A stretch of 64,000 nt of DNA, from sequence record OP557969.1. One strand, written 5' to 3'. The notes below the pieces were generated by a model. It searched no databases. It had not been told where the DNA came from and worked only from the letters and a program-made list of their open reading frames with translations. The translations under genes and the position numbers were made by a program. Below, one piece after another: positions 1 to 8,844 of this stretch. The first letter of the stretch is position 1. Each line of letters opens with the position of its first letter.

Positions 1-386
1 AAGTAACGTCGGTTAAATTACTTCCTACACAAAAGCCAACAATATCCAAAGCACAATATGGTAATTATTTTGAGGAAAGATATAGTAATAATTTAATAAG
101 TGTTAAGGCTCATATTATAAAAGGAGAACTAGAAGGAGAATATAGAAAATTCAATCCACAAGGAAAATGTGTTTGGGTTAAATACTTCAATTCAGGAAAT
201 GATGTAACATCTGAAATAATTGAGTTTTTAGGTTTAACATGTACCCCTGAAACTCTTCATGACTACAAATTTAATGCTGAAGAAGAGTTTAATCTGATGA
301 TGCGTTATGGAACACATTTTAAATTTTTATATGAATATAACATTGACAGTGGTGTTTTTGATAGGATAGTACAAAACTGTCTTTAA
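1..386 (+). CDS. 3' part of hypothetical protein with a MORN-variant-like repeat (5' end outside window)
   Basis: Frame open from position 3 to TAA 384-386; GELEGEYRKFNPQGKCVWVKYFNSG resembles a MORN-variant repeat; C-terminal AEEEFNLMM motif. Confidence 0.6.
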   Translation, partial: VTSVKLLPTQKPTISKAQYGNYFEERYSNNLISVKAHIIKGELEGEYRKFNPQGKCVWVKYFNSGNDVTSEIIEFLGLTCTPETLHDYKFNAEEEFNLMMRYGTHFKFLYEYNIDSGVFDRIVQNCL

Positions 387-402
387 CAAAAGGATTTATA
401 AC

Positions 403-927
403 ATGTCGAAGAAGGATACTTCGAAGAAAAAGCAATCAGTACATTTCAGTACTGGAAAAGATAACTGGACAACTCCAAAGGATTTCTTTGAAGAGTTGGA
501 TGAGTTATGGGGATTCACACTTGATGCTGCTTGTGTTGATGAGACGGCATTATGTGAAAATTATTTTACACCAAATGACGATTCTCTATCACAGGATTGG
601 GGAAAGAATATAGTTTGGTTAAACCCGCCATATAGTGATTTGAAAACATGGTTATCTAAAGCAGTAGATGCGTATAATAAAGGAGCAACAGTCGTAATTC
701 TAGTTCCATCACGAACTGATACAATAGCCTTCCATGAATATGCTGCAAAAGTTTGTGATTGTATTTGTTTCATTAAAGGAAGATTACGATTTGGTATCCC
801 AGAAGAACCAGAGAAGAAGACAGATTCAGCACCATTTCCTTCATGTCTTATAGTTCTTGATAATTACTTAACTACTGCTAAAATAAATTATCTTAAATCT
901 ATTGGGTTGGTAATGAAGAAACTATGA
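403..927 (+). CDS. Phage DNA N6-adenine methyltransferase (phage Dam-like family)
   Basis: DNWTTP, FTLDAA, VWLNPPYS (NPPY catalytic motif), LVPSRTDT, FIKGRLRF, APFPSCLIV. Confidence 0.9.
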   Translation: MSKKDTSKKKQSVHFSTGKDNWTTPKDFFEELDELWGFTLDAACVDETALCENYFTPNDDSLSQDWGKNIVWLNPPYSDLKTWLSKAVDAYNKGATVVILVPSRTDTIAFHEYAAKVCDCICFIKGRLRFGIPEEPEKKTDSAPFPSCLIVLDNYLTTAKINYLKSIGLVMKKL

Positions 928-1457
928 AAGAAACATGTATTTTATCATTTATGAGATGTAACCCTGTACATAATGGACATGGTTTAGTTTTTGAAAAGGC
1001 CAAAACATTACAAGAACAGTACAATGCTGATTTGAAAATATATCTAAGTACCAGTACTGACAATATAAAAAACCAACTCCCACCTGAACTAAAAATGTAT
1101 TATACAGAGGGATTTTATCCTTCAGTACAAGAGAACATCTACACCGAAGACAATCTATTTGATATAATGAGAGAACTGGATGGAAAATACTTAGATGTAT
1201 TTTTCATATGTGGTTCAGACCGTATTGAATCTTTTCAGAAAACTCTTGACAGTTACAATGGGAAATTATATAATTTTTGTAATATAAAAGCAATTCAAGC
1301 AGGTATTGATCGCCAATCAAGTCAATATAGTTCAACACAAATGCGTAACTTCGCAAAAAATGAAGATTTTGATAATTTTCGAGAATTTTTACCAGGTAAT
1401 GATGAGGACTTAAAAATTCAATTATTTGAAGATGTTATCAAATACATGAGGAAATAA
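924..1457 (+). CDS. HIGH-motif nucleotidyltransferase (cytidylyl/NMN-adenylyltransferase-like)
   Basis: RCNPVHNGH (HxGH), ICGSDR, YSSTQMRNFA. Confidence 0.8.
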   Translation: MKETCILSFMRCNPVHNGHGLVFEKAKTLQEQYNADLKIYLSTSTDNIKNQLPPELKMYYTEGFYPSVQENIYTEDNLFDIMRELDGKYLDVFFICGSDRIESFQKTLDSYNGKLYNFCNIKAIQAGIDRQSSQYSSTQMRNFAKNEDFDNFREFLPGNDEDLKIQLFEDVIKYMRK

Positions 1458-1459
1458 CT

Positions 1460-1753
1460 ATGACAGTACTGTTCAAAACTAATCCAGTTCTTTGGGAACA
1501 AAATGAGCAAGCAGGATTCCGTTCTATCCATGTTGAATACAAGGGTAACACGGTAGTTGCAATTATTGCTAATAAAACTTTAGGAAAATGGACTGCACAA
1601 GTTGTTCCTATGGGATATTCTTATACATCTGATGAGGTAGAATTTTTGGCTGATCTTTATCGTCAAATGCCTTTTATCATTAATGTTCTAGAACAAAGTG
1701 ATACATTAACACATGAAGATGTAATCAACTTTCTTGGAAACTTACATGTGTGA
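1460..1753 (+). CDS. Hypothetical protein
   Basis: ORF track; SD GAGGA; abuts neighbours. Confidence 0.75.
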   Translation: MTVLFKTNPVLWEQNEQAGFRSIHVEYKGNTVVAIIANKTLGKWTAQVVPMGYSYTSDEVEFLADLYRQMPFIINVLEQSDTLTHEDVINFLGNLHV

Positions 1754-2033
1754 TGTGATTAATCTTACTGGATATTTTTTACAAGAATCAATGATTAAAT
1801 TTAGTGAACACTTTCCAGTACTGGATGGTATAGAAATGTGGCATGTTAAGCCACTTTTCAACTCTTTCAGTAAAGAGCACAAAATGTTATTGACAGAAGC
1901 GAGTAAATCTAATAACATATGTGAAATCAAGATTGGTGTGAATGTCTATAAAGGGTTGGTAATCTTTTTTGACAATAACAGCAATTATTTTTATATTGTT
2001 AAGGAGCATTACGTTGACAAATACAAATACTAA
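1746..2033 (+). CDS. Hypothetical protein
   Basis: ORF track 1734-2033; ATG 1746 overlaps the upstream stop. Confidence 0.65.
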   Translation: MCDVINLTGYFLQESMIKFSEHFPVLDGIEMWHVKPLFNSFSKEHKMLLTEASKSNNICEIKIGVNVYKGLVIFFDNNSNYFYIVKEHYVDKYKY

Positions 2034-2625
2034 TACATACTTTAGATATCTTCGCCTTGGTCTTTCCCTACGTCCTATTCGTGGTAAGTGTGATTCGCTT
2101 ACAGATCTTGATTATGCATATGCATTACATCATGAAGGTGTACAGTATGTATTAGGTGATTATGGCGAATTTGAAGAAACAAATGACAGTACTGCTATTA
2201 ATGCAGGTGTTGAAAATCTTAACAACATTGCTAATAGTTCTCGTCATGATATTGTGTTACAAATCCAGAACTTTATTGAACAACACACAGGTAAACGTGT
2301 TTGGTGCTATGTAGGCACTGATGCACAAATGTCAATTTCCTTCGGGAACGATGAAGGATATGTTGCACAGCTTATTATGGATTTTGAATCTGAAGAGAAG
2401 TTTTTAGAATTTAAAGAGAAAATCATCCAGTCACTCGTTGATATGGGTATCCCAGAAGATAAAATGCCAGAAGTTCAAAACATCGATGAATTTGTTTTGA
2501 TTCCATCTGATGAAAAGTATGATGCAATGTTTACTGCTCTTAATATTCCCGGAGTTATTGTGGAGTACTTTGATGATGGTGATGATAGTATCTATATCGA
2601 CCTAGATGATGATGATGATGAATAA
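2014..2625 (+). CDS. Acidic hypothetical protein
   Basis: Likely TTG start 7 nt after AAGGAG (2001-2006); poly-Asp C-terminus; terminator follows. Confidence 0.75.
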   Translation: MTNTNTNTYFRYLRLGLSLRPIRGKCDSLTDLDYAYALHHEGVQYVLGDYGEFEETNDSTAINAGVENLNNIANSSRHDIVLQIQNFIEQHTGKRVWCYVGTDAQMSISFGNDEGYVAQLIMDFESEEKFLEFKEKIIQSLVDMGIPEDKMPEVQNIDEFVLIPSDEKYDAMFTALNIPGVIVEYFDDGDDSIYIDLDDDDDE

Positions 2626-2632
2626 TGCAAAC

Positions 2633-2659
2633 AGCCCGACATAAGTTCGGGCTATTTTT
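2633..2659 (+). terminator. Intrinsic terminator
   Basis: AGCCCGA/TCGGGCT stem followed by ATTTTT. Confidence 0.8.
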
Positions 2660-2671
2660 GTAAGGAAAAAT

Positions 2672-2941
2672 ATGAATTACAAAAATATACAATTCACTTA
2701 TATGGAATTATTTAAATTACACCATAAAAACAGAAGTTCTAACACAATTATTAAAAATGCGTTTACCCATAAACTATGGACAAATTACCTAGAAGAATTG
2801 CGTGAATATTTTGTTGATACTGAAATTTTCATTGGTGGTAAAAAACGAAAAATACTTAGAGTCGATAGTTTTGGTGGTCGATTAGTTCTTTCATATAAAC
2901 TTAATAACGATCTATGTTCTGTGAATTTGGTAGATTTATGA
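2672..2941 (+). CDS. Small paralogue, family A (IQFTY subfamily)
   Basis: MNYKNIQFTY; helical N-half, beta-rich C-half. Confidence 0.8.
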   Translation: MNYKNIQFTYMELFKLHHKNRSSNTIIKNAFTHKLWTNYLEELREYFVDTEIFIGGKKRKILRVDSFGGRLVLSYKLNNDLCSVNLVDL

Positions 2942-3198
2942 ATTATAAAGATTTCCAATTTACATTCAAATATATTCGTAGTATAGCAGATAAAAATAAT
3001 AGTGTGTTTTTAGAAGACACATGTTCTGAAATGATTAATACTGTTCGTGATAGGATTAAAGAAAAATTCAGTACTGTTATTATTAACGATGAACATGCAG
3101 AATTTTCAGATATAATAATTCGACGAGATGGTAAAGTTGAGGTTCAGTACTACACTGATTTTGGATTTACCAGTGTTACGTTGGAGATATTCCCTTGA
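2938..3198 (+). CDS. Small paralogue, family A (IQFTY subfamily)
   Basis: MNYKDFQFTF; ATGA overlap with previous gene. Confidence 0.8.
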   Translation: MNYKDFQFTFKYIRSIADKNNSVFLEDTCSEMINTVRDRIKEKFSTVIINDEHAEFSDIIIRRDGKVEVQYYTDFGFTSVTLEIFP

Positions 3199-3506
3199 GA
3201 TTAAATTTAAATGATATTCAATTTACATATAAAAATATATACGATTTGTATGATATGTATCTTTTTAGTGGGAAGATTGGTAACCATACTGAATCAAAAG
3301 AATCACCATTTATCCAAAATTACTTTGATTACTTAGATGCAGTTGGTGAATATATAAAAAAGAATTACAGTACTTACACTGATGGAGATGATATGTTTGA
3401 ATATTCAGGTATAAAATCTTATCAAGGAATTATCCATGTTGAGTTTCTTGAAAAAACTGATAGGGAGTTTATAGAGATCAAAGTGATGAAGTTAACGGAC
3501 CTGTAA
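3195..3506 (+). CDS. Small paralogue, family A (IQFTY subfamily)
   Basis: TTG start; LNLNDIQFTY. Confidence 0.8.
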   Translation: MRLNLNDIQFTYKNIYDLYDMYLFSGKIGNHTESKESPFIQNYFDYLDAVGEYIKKNYSTYTDGDDMFEYSGIKSYQGIIHVEFLEKTDREFIEIKVMKLTDL

Positions 3507-3516
3507 GGATTGACAT

Positions 3517-3807
3517 ATGATTCTTAATGATATACAATTCACATATAGAGTTTTATACATGGAGTACTCTCATACTGATCCTAAAGACTATCACTATTAT
3601 GAAACCTTTCGAACGATATGGATTGAATTTTTAGATGAATTAAAAGCGTATTACGGTAGTGTTCGTATTGTTCGTGATGGTAGAATTTACACTTGTAAAG
3701 ATGTTGTCAGTCATAGTGGTAAGCTACGATTAGAATTATATACAGAAGGACATGGTTGGATTGGTGTAAATTTACTGGATTTAGATAATGAAACACAACT
3801 TAAATGA
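3517..3807 (+). CDS. Small paralogue, family A (IQFTY subfamily)
   Basis: MILNDIQFTY; SD AAGGA. Confidence 0.8.
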   Translation: MILNDIQFTYRVLYMEYSHTDPKDYHYYETFRTIWIEFLDELKAYYGSVRIVRDGRIYTCKDVVSHSGKLRLELYTEGHGWIGVNLLDLDNETQLK

Positions 3808-4066
3808 CATACAAGTGTTCTATAGCTTCGTATATGAATCTTATGCATCAGAAGGTTACTATGAAAGTGTGTATTATTTTTTATGGCAACAATACCGTAC
3901 TATAGTACGAGATTTATATATAGGAAAATATATAACATACTGTGATAGTAGAATGATGTGCACAGATGTTCTTAGTTATCATGGTAGGTTGGTATTCCAG
4001 TTCGAAGACAGTGAAGGTAGTATGTCTTTAAATGTAAGAGATTTAAAAGGAGTGCATTTTGAATAA
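3788..4066 (+). CDS. Small paralogue, family A (IQFTY subfamily)
   Basis: HNLNDIQVFY ... DVLSYHGRLVFQF. Confidence 0.8.
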   Translation: MKHNLNDIQVFYSFVYESYASEGYYESVYYFLWQQYRTIVRDLYIGKYITYCDSRMMCTDVLSYHGRLVFQFEDSEGSMSLNVRDLKGVHFE

Positions 4067-4259
4067 GTGTCCATATTGTAACAGTACTCAATTAGCTCGT
4101 TTCCGTTTAGATTCAGACTGGGCCACTGGTGCTGGTGATTTCTTTCCTATCAATGATGATGCAGAATATACAGAAGAACAGCACAAAGATTTTGATAAAT
4201 CATGGCGACCTGACATTGAGTGCATTTATTGTCTTAATTGTGAGCGTATACATGACTAA
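4059..4259 (+). CDS. Small zinc-ribbon protein
   Basis: CPYC ... CLNC; TTG start after AAGGAG. Confidence 0.7.
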   Translation: MNKCPYCNSTQLARFRLDSDWATGAGDFFPINDDAEYTEEQHKDFDKSWRPDIECIYCLNCERIHD

Positions 4260-4515
4260 AGCTGAACTGATCGTACAAACACTGCGTTTATTGAGGGATT
4301 TAGATATCCCACGCATGGATGTGAAACTTGAAGATATCTACATTGAATCTCTTAGTGAAGATTACACCGATACCGTAATGATGCTGAATGACGTGCTTTA
4401 TCGTATAGATAGCATCAGTCGTCTTGGAAGTACTTTAAAAGTGAATATGGAAAGAGTTGATAAACTTTATGTACATATATATAGTCTACCTATTTCAATA
4501 TTAAACTATAGATGA
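4252..4515 (+). CDS. Hypothetical protein, probably family A
   Basis: ORF track 4129-4515; ATG 4252 overlaps upstream stop. Confidence 0.7.
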   Translation: MTKAELIVQTLRLLRDLDIPRMDVKLEDIYIESLSEDYTDTVMMLNDVLYRIDSISRLGSTLKVNMERVDKLYVHIYSLPISILNYR

Positions 4516-4802
4516 ATATTATATTGATACAAAAAACATATGCGTTATTGATGAAAGAATATACTAATACTTATGATGAAAAGTGCAGTGCAAATCATAA
4601 TATGTATAAATTCATTACCCAAGAGTACAGGGATTATATATATGCTGCGTTAGTGGGTAGATATTTCAGTACTAAAAAACGTAAAGAACTCAAAGTTGTA
4701 GATATTACTTTTTTCTACAACGGGCATATAACAATTCATGGTGTTGAACATAATTCACAAATATATCGTAACTATTCATTCAATGAGGTAACAATTATAT
4801 GA
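4512..4802 (+). CDS. Small paralogue, family A
   Basis: ALVGRYFS...KVVDITFFYNGHITIHG. Confidence 0.75.
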   Translation: MNIILIQKTYALLMKEYTNTYDEKCSANHNMYKFITQEYRDYIYAALVGRYFSTKKRKELKVVDITFFYNGHITIHGVEHNSQIYRNYSFNEVTII

Positions 4803-4981
4803 GAGTAGTATTTTTTATCTGGAGTCTTTTCTCACTAGCAGTACTGACAGTTTCAGGTGCTTATTCTTTTTTAACAATGAACACATGGTATGTTAATTTA
4901 CTATTCCCAATTGTTGGTGTCGGTTTAGGATTTACTTTACATAGTGTATGTAAGGATTACAATGACAAATACAACAAATGA
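4799..4981 (+). CDS. Small membrane protein
   Basis: Two hydrophobic segments; ATGA overlap. Confidence 0.7.
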   Translation: MRVVFFIWSLFSLAVLTVSGAYSFLTMNTWYVNLLFPIVGVGLGFTLHSVCKDYNDKYNK

Positions 4982-5240
4982 AGTTCTTATTGCTGAAACA
5001 ATGAATATGATTTATTTTATTACTACGGCACAGGATTTGTCTTATCCAGTGAAATCGTTACTTAGGTCAATGTATATTGATATTGTAAAAGAATATTATA
5101 AATCTAAACACAGAAGTATTATTAGTGTTTATCGTGATTATGAAAGGATTCGTATTTTATTCTGGAACAAGAACCGAGTTCGTGAGGAATGTGATCTAGT
5201 AGATTTTAAATTAGAGAATCTTTATTGTTACAAAATTTAA
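4962..5240 (+). CDS. Hypothetical protein
   Basis: ORF track 4944-5240; ATG 4962 after AAGGA. Confidence 0.7.
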   Translation: MTNTTNEVLIAETMNMIYFITTAQDLSYPVKSLLRSMYIDIVKEYYKSKHRSIISVYRDYERIRILFWNKNRVREECDLVDFKLENLYCYKI

Positions 5241-5245
5241 AAGAT

Positions 5246-5253
5246 GATAAATA
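5246..5253 (+). promoter_or_regulatory. Probable T4-type late promoter (GATAAATA, one mismatch)
   Basis: Near match to TATAAATA 44 nt upstream of a putative virion gene. Confidence 0.45.
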
Positions 5254-5296
5254 TTTTACAAAAGAATGTTTTTTTAGAAAAAAAAGGATTTTGTAA

Positions 5297-6781
5297 ATGA
5301 AAGTATGTACGAATTTAAATGTTACTGGTGATATAACGTCTAATGGGATGACGTTAAGCAAGAATCATAATTATGAGAATTTTAGTGACCTACAAGAAAG
5401 ATGTACTAAAATGCTTTTACAATTTGATAAACCTGAAGTATACGATCCTGATATTACTATTACAATAACTACTAAAAATGTAAATTATACATATAAAGGA
5501 CCAATTGATGGTATGTGTGATATAGAAAATCCTTCATTGTATAAAATTTCCATGTATGTATACACTGACAAAGAGTATTTTATAAACGATGTACAATTAT
5601 CAGATGATGGTAGTTTTCATTTTTCTAAAACGAATAATGGCTCAAAACAATTTAGACTAATTAGAATATCTGATAATAAATGGATTGATACATTAGAATA
5701 TGCATTATTGACTAGAAGTTATATAATACCAGAAACTGAAGATTCGCAAGTTAGAAATACAATGAAAGATCGTTGTTACACATATGATCAAGCGGCAGTT
5801 GCTATTGCATTAATGGTACAAAACCACCCAGAGATGGATAGATATGTATATGGTTTGTGTCAATTGGTTGAGGAAAATGGTGGAATAAAATTTTTTGTTA
5901 ATAGGATATCGGCATTTTCCAATAGAGCATACTATAGAATGGGTAATGCTGCATGGGTATTATATGGATTAGCTTTTTACTTATGGAAATTCCCAGATGG
6001 GGTATATGCGAATTTGGCCCGTGAAAAACTTTTGTTAGGGTTAGAATGGGTATCAACTTTTAAAGTAACTACACCCGGTGATAAAAGAGAAGGTTTATAT
6101 ATGGGTGGAAAAGGAAAATTTATCAATAATGGTTCTCAATTTGACCCGAATTACATTGCTAGTTGGTGTGCAATGGAACACAATTTAGATCTTTGGTTTT
6201 TATTTGATCTATGCTCTGTTATTGGAATTCAGAATTATGATACAATAGCAAAGGAATTACATAATAATATAAATGATAAATTGTGGATAGAAAGTGAAGG
6301 ACGTTTTCGTCAAGGTGTACATGAAACAACAGATGATAATGCTGCTGCATTAGATCAATCATCATGGGGTGGTTTGTATTCTTTATATGCAGATGGTAAT
6401 GATACAAAAGCAGTAAAATGTCACAAATATATGGAACGTTTTATGTTTGGTACGTTGGAATGTGAGGGATATACGCCTTATAATAAATTATTTGGTTATC
6501 CAAATGCAGTACAAGGTGTATGGACTGAAGGAACTGCTGGTGTGGCTTTGTTTGAACGTGCATTGGGTAATGACAGAACTGCCGCAAAATTAATTGCTAA
6601 TTTGAAGCCTATATGTGACCCAGTTTATGGATATCGTGACTCATGTGATGACCCAGATTACGATGTTCTTCCAGATTGGCCTTCCTCGTGTAATACAGCA
6701 TGGATTATTCTGGCTATTAACCCACAAGGTTTCTGGAAAGTTGAAGCCCCACTGATGGATATTGGGCTTGTGAAATATTAA
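5297..6781 (+). CDS. Putative virion protein with C-terminal six-hairpin (alpha/alpha)6 glycosidase-like domain
   Basis: YTYDQAAVAIAL, EHNLDLWFLF, ALDQSSWG, VWTEGTAGVAL, WPSSCNTAWIIL recall six-hairpin glycosidase-like proteins; N-terminus resembles the fibre-protein N-termini at 42168-48220. Confidence 0.6.
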   Translation: MKVCTNLNVTGDITSNGMTLSKNHNYENFSDLQERCTKMLLQFDKPEVYDPDITITITTKNVNYTYKGPIDGMCDIENPSLYKISMYVYTDKEYFINDVQLSDDGSFHFSKTNNGSKQFRLIRISDNKWIDTLEYALLTRSYIIPETEDSQVRNTMKDRCYTYDQAAVAIALMVQNHPEMDRYVYGLCQLVEENGGIKFFVNRISAFSNRAYYRMGNAAWVLYGLAFYLWKFPDGVYANLAREKLLLGLEWVSTFKVTTPGDKREGLYMGGKGKFINNGSQFDPNYIASWCAMEHNLDLWFLFDLCSVIGIQNYDTIAKELHNNINDKLWIESEGRFRQGVHETTDDNAAALDQSSWGGLYSLYADGNDTKAVKCHKYMERFMFGTLECEGYTPYNKLFGYPNAVQGVWTEGTAGVALFERALGNDRTAAKLIANLKPICDPVYGYRDSCDDPDYDVLPDWPSSCNTAWIILAINPQGFWKVEAPLMDIGLVKY

Positions 6782-6790
6782 TTATAATAA

Positions 6791-6825
6791 AAAATGAACA
6801 TATAAAAATATATGTTCATTTTTTT
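6791..6825. terminator. Intrinsic terminator (possibly bidirectional)
   Basis: AAAATGAACATATA/TATATGTTCATTTT 14-bp stem with T tract. Confidence 0.8.
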
Positions 6826-6826
6826 A

Positions 6827-6854
6827 TGGACATTATTAATATTTGTGATATAAT
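6827..6854 (+). promoter_or_regulatory. Sigma70-like early promoter with extended -10
   Basis: TGGACA-16 nt-TATAAT with TGTGA immediately 5' of -10. Confidence 0.7.
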
Positions 6855-6885
6855 ATTGGATAAGGAACAATAACTAACACAAGGA

Positions 6886-7623
6886 GTGTGGAAAGTGCTT
6901 GACCGTATCCGTTTTGCCACAGAGATGGCGAATGAATTAAACATGGCAAATTTTCAAATGTTAACATCAGTGATGGCTGAACATGCATGTGCTTATTCTG
7001 TAAGTGGTGTGCAGTGTGGTCAGGAGAATATGTTAGCAGATGTATATAGCGAAGTTCAAAGTAAACAATACAGTGTAAAGACGTACAAGGATAAGTTCGT
7101 TAGTCTTTATATGAATGAAGACATTTCAGAAGACCGCAAATATACTGATTTTATTATTGAACGAAGAGTATCAGGTGTATCTAATCCTAACGCACCAAGT
7201 GATGAAGTTTTTTCAGAAGTACTGAAAGATATATACGAAAATGAATTGAAAAGTAAGAATCATTACAATGTACGTGAAACTAACACTGTGCTCTTGGGAT
7301 ATGATGAAGACGATCAATATTATTATTTCCGTATGACAGAAGTCCCTTTTGAATACAAATCACCAAGTACTACTGCTGTAAAAGAATTTACCGAGAAAAG
7401 CAAGAACTACAAGAAACATGAAGGCAACCGTTGTAGTATAAATGGTTATAATGAAGATGGTGTTCATATATATGAATGGGTTCATCCTAATTGCCAGACA
7501 TATACCCGTTGCTTGAAGAAACGTTATAATTTAGAAGACAATGAATCCTTCTACTTTAAAGTTAAGAAACAAAGCTATACTCGCCCTGAAGATTCAGAAT
7601 TGATGGGTATGGTATATTTCTAA
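6886..7623 (+). CDS. Hypothetical protein
   Basis: 245-aa ORF after promoter; start probably GTG 6895 given AAGGAG at 6881-6886. Confidence 0.8.
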   Translation: MWKVLDRIRFATEMANELNMANFQMLTSVMAEHACAYSVSGVQCGQENMLADVYSEVQSKQYSVKTYKDKFVSLYMNEDISEDRKYTDFIIERRVSGVSNPNAPSDEVFSEVLKDIYENELKSKNHYNVRETNTVLLGYDEDDQYYYFRMTEVPFEYKSPSTTAVKEFTEKSKNYKKHEGNRCSINGYNEDGVHIYEWVHPNCQTYTRCLKKRYNLEDNESFYFKVKKQSYTRPEDSELMGMVYF

Positions 7624-7632
7624 GGAACTGTT

Positions 7633-7914
7633 ATGGATTTTTACCTACACACATGGTCATACGAACAATACATTACATTATATCTTGAGATTATTAATAC
7701 TGATCCCAGATATGGTTGTGATTTTGCTGATATTATAAAAGAGTATGCAGATGAGTTTGAGTTTGTATATCTTGGCTCTGACCTATTCGTGAAGAGTGTA
7801 GGTAAAACCGGACGCATCACTGAGATTGATTATGATACTGTTAGTGTGAATTTCTATGTTGATTTTCCTTGTGATGGCGTTGATGGTGTATATTGTCTAT
7901 ATGAAATAATTTAA
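7633..7914 (+). CDS. Small paralogue, family A
   Basis: VYLGSDLFVKSVGKTGRITEIDYD. Confidence 0.75.
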   Translation: MDFYLHTWSYEQYITLYLEIINTDPRYGCDFADIIKEYADEFEFVYLGSDLFVKSVGKTGRITEIDYDTVSVNFYVDFPCDGVDGVYCLYEII

Positions 7915-7920
7915 ATTTTT

Positions 7921-7945
7921 AGGCCAGCGTTTGCTGGTCTTTTTT
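7921..7945 (+). terminator. Intrinsic terminator
   Basis: AGGCCAGC/GCTGGTCT stem plus TTTTT. Confidence 0.8.
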
Positions 7946-7958
7946 CGCAGGTACAAAG

Positions 7959-8258
7959 ATGATTAGTATAGATTTAATTAACAGTACTATAAAGTTGTTG
8001 GCTGATGTAGTGAGAGAATCCAATGGAACTGTATACCCATCAATGTATAAAATCTTTGAACGATACATCAAGGATTGTAACATATCCTTATATGGACTGG
8101 CGGTTGATATAGACGACCACTATGAAATTAATACTTCATATAAAACAGGAATGTTAATTGGTATTAATATGATGGGATATTTTCCTTATTACTGTATAGG
8201 ATTACCAGATAGTACTATGGTAGATTACCCAGCCAGTACTATTAAATTAAGAGGATAA
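7959..8258 (+). CDS. Hypothetical protein, probably family A
   Basis: Helix then SLYGLAVDI beta region. Confidence 0.7.
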   Translation: MISIDLINSTIKLLADVVRESNGTVYPSMYKIFERYIKDCNISLYGLAVDIDDHYEINTSYKTGMLIGINMMGYFPYYCIGLPDSTMVDYPASTIKLRG

Positions 8259-8265
8259 AACTAAA

Positions 8266-8844
8266 ATGAATGTATTAGAATTAAGTACTAAGCTTATTAG
8301 TATGCGTAATGAGTGGTACGATTGGTTTTATAAAGGCACTGATATGGATTTTTCAAAATATCCATTTATGGAATCAGGATGTGATGCAAACTACCGCTGG
8401 TTGAGCAAAAGTGATTCTGGTTTATTCATTCGAATTGATGATAGTGGTCAAGGAATTTTAAAAGATTTAATTCGAGTTGAAGAACTCGTCCATGACAATT
8501 GGTGTGATAATGATCCATACCTTGGAAATATGATTTATGTAAGTGAAAATGATTGCATATTCGTTATCCAGCGTCATGGTGATTCTATGTTTTATGTAGC
8601 AGACAACAGTACACCTGACGGTGCGGCAGCCAGTGAACTTATGCCTAAGATTGGTATATTGGAATTTGGATTACCTGAGCACTTTCAGATTAGTACTTTA
8701 TACGATATTCCACCACTTGAGTTCTTTGAAGAATTTAAATTATACTACAATGATCTTCAAAAATTGAGTTCTGAACATCGAATTGAAATAATAGTCAAGT
8801 ACATGGATGGGACAAAATTAACCGATACGGGGATAGAATTTTGA
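8266..8844 (+). CDS. Hypothetical protein (family B, E-x-x-F-Q motif)
   Basis: GLPEHFQISTLYDIP. Confidence 0.75.
   Translation: MNVLELSTKLISMRNEWYDWFYKGTDMDFSKYPFMESGCDANYRWLSKSDSGLFIRIDDSGQGILKDLIRVEELVHDNWCDNDPYLGNMIYVSENDCIFVIQRHGDSMFYVADNSTPDGAAASELMPKIGILEFGLPEHFQISTLYDIPPLEFFEEFKLYYNDLQKLSSEHRIEIIVKYMDGTKLTDTGIEF

Noticed and set aside
343-371. TTGACA boxes at 343 and 33909 as promoters
   Set aside because: No convincing -10 at 16-18 nt spacing.
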